From IMG/VR virus record IMGVR_UViG_3300042139_000023: a DNA stretch of 64,000 nucleotides, one strand, 5' to 3'. Shown piece after piece: positions 63,459 to 64,000 of this stretch. Each line of letters begins with the position of its first letter. The stretch's first letter is position 1. The position numbers were made by a program, and so were the translations under genes. The notes under the pieces are model-generated. The model ran no database searches and was not told the DNA's origin. It saw nothing but the letters and a program-made list of their open reading frames with translations. The stretch is from a virus (taxonomy: Duplodnaviria > Caudoviricetes).

Positions 63459-63833
63459 ATGGCGAGGATGGACGCGGCGGACCGCAAGGCGAACACGGTG
63501 AAAGATCTGCTGTACAGCGAGGGGATCCGCAACAACGAGTACGTCCACCTGGACGTGTATCCCTCGGCGGACCGCGAGAAGGTCATGGTCACCGTGCACC
63601 GGCACCACTACGACTGCGAGGGCTGCCGCAGCAAGACGCTCGGGGCGAAGATCCTGGAGGGGCTGAAGCACGGCATCCCGCCGGTCTGCCCGCAGTGCCG
63701 GATCCACAACGAGTCGATGGAGTTCGAGCAGCGGGCGCTCCTCAAGCGGATCACCGCTGCGCTGCGCCGGGAGTTCACCGTCACCGACGAGTACGCCGGT
63801 TCGGTGCTCGCCTCCGTGGACATCGCCGTCTGA
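63459..63833 (+). CDS. hypothetical protein with two CxxC motifs
   Basis: ATG after GGAGAGGAG. Confidence 0.7.
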   Translation: MARMDAADRKANTVKDLLYSEGIRNNEYVHLDVYPSADREKVMVTVHRHHYDCEGCRSKTLGAKILEGLKHGIPPVCPQCRIHNESMEFEQRALLKRITAALRREFTVTDEYAGSVLASVDIAV

Positions 63834-64000
63834 TGGCGGCCGACGGGTCGGCGAGCCTGCGGGCGGACCAGAAGAGGGCCGAAGACCTGGGCATCCGCCT
63901 CGCCCCGTGAACTTGTTGCGATGGCAGCCAAGTTCACGATAGGCTCCTCATAGGAGGTGGGCGCGGCCCACCAGTGGGAGGGAGAGACCATGGTCATCCT

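Noticed and set aside
1-64000. CRISPR array, integrase, transposase or virion structural genes
   Set aside because: No regularly spaced direct repeats and no recognisable motifs in the window

Overview
A very GC-rich actinobacterial (most likely Streptomyces-type) large phage genome segment, with no capsid, tail or integrase genes in the window. Bases ~1-36.6 kb are a co-directional + strand array of about 85 short, mostly unknown early/accessory ORFs behind purine-rich RBSs. Recognisable members are a macrodomain, a PNK 3'-phosphatase HAD domain, a DGQHR/ParB-like protein, a DUF4097-like protein, and HicB-like and ArdA-like candidates. Bases ~38-62.5 kb run mostly on the - strand: a DUF6582-like/TerD operon, HTH regulators, a MazG-like protein, dCMP deaminase, a cold-shock protein, 11 canonical tRNA genes with an AT-rich HNH gene, a sortase-fold protein, primase, DnaB helicase and Rep-like genes. 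The main new observations are at RNA and cis-element level. (1) Two type II hammerhead ribozymes sit between genes of the early arm (8571-8644, 29548-29617). (2) A 12-bp near-palindromic motif, TGRCCYRGGYCA, occurs about ten times between genes, usually abutting a -10-like hexamer. (3) A covarying long hairpin is repeated three times. (4) Two atypical tRNA-shaped RNAs lie in the tRNA cluster, one with a pseudoknot replacing the D and anticodon arms. All protein family calls are from motif recognition by eye; no database searches were run.
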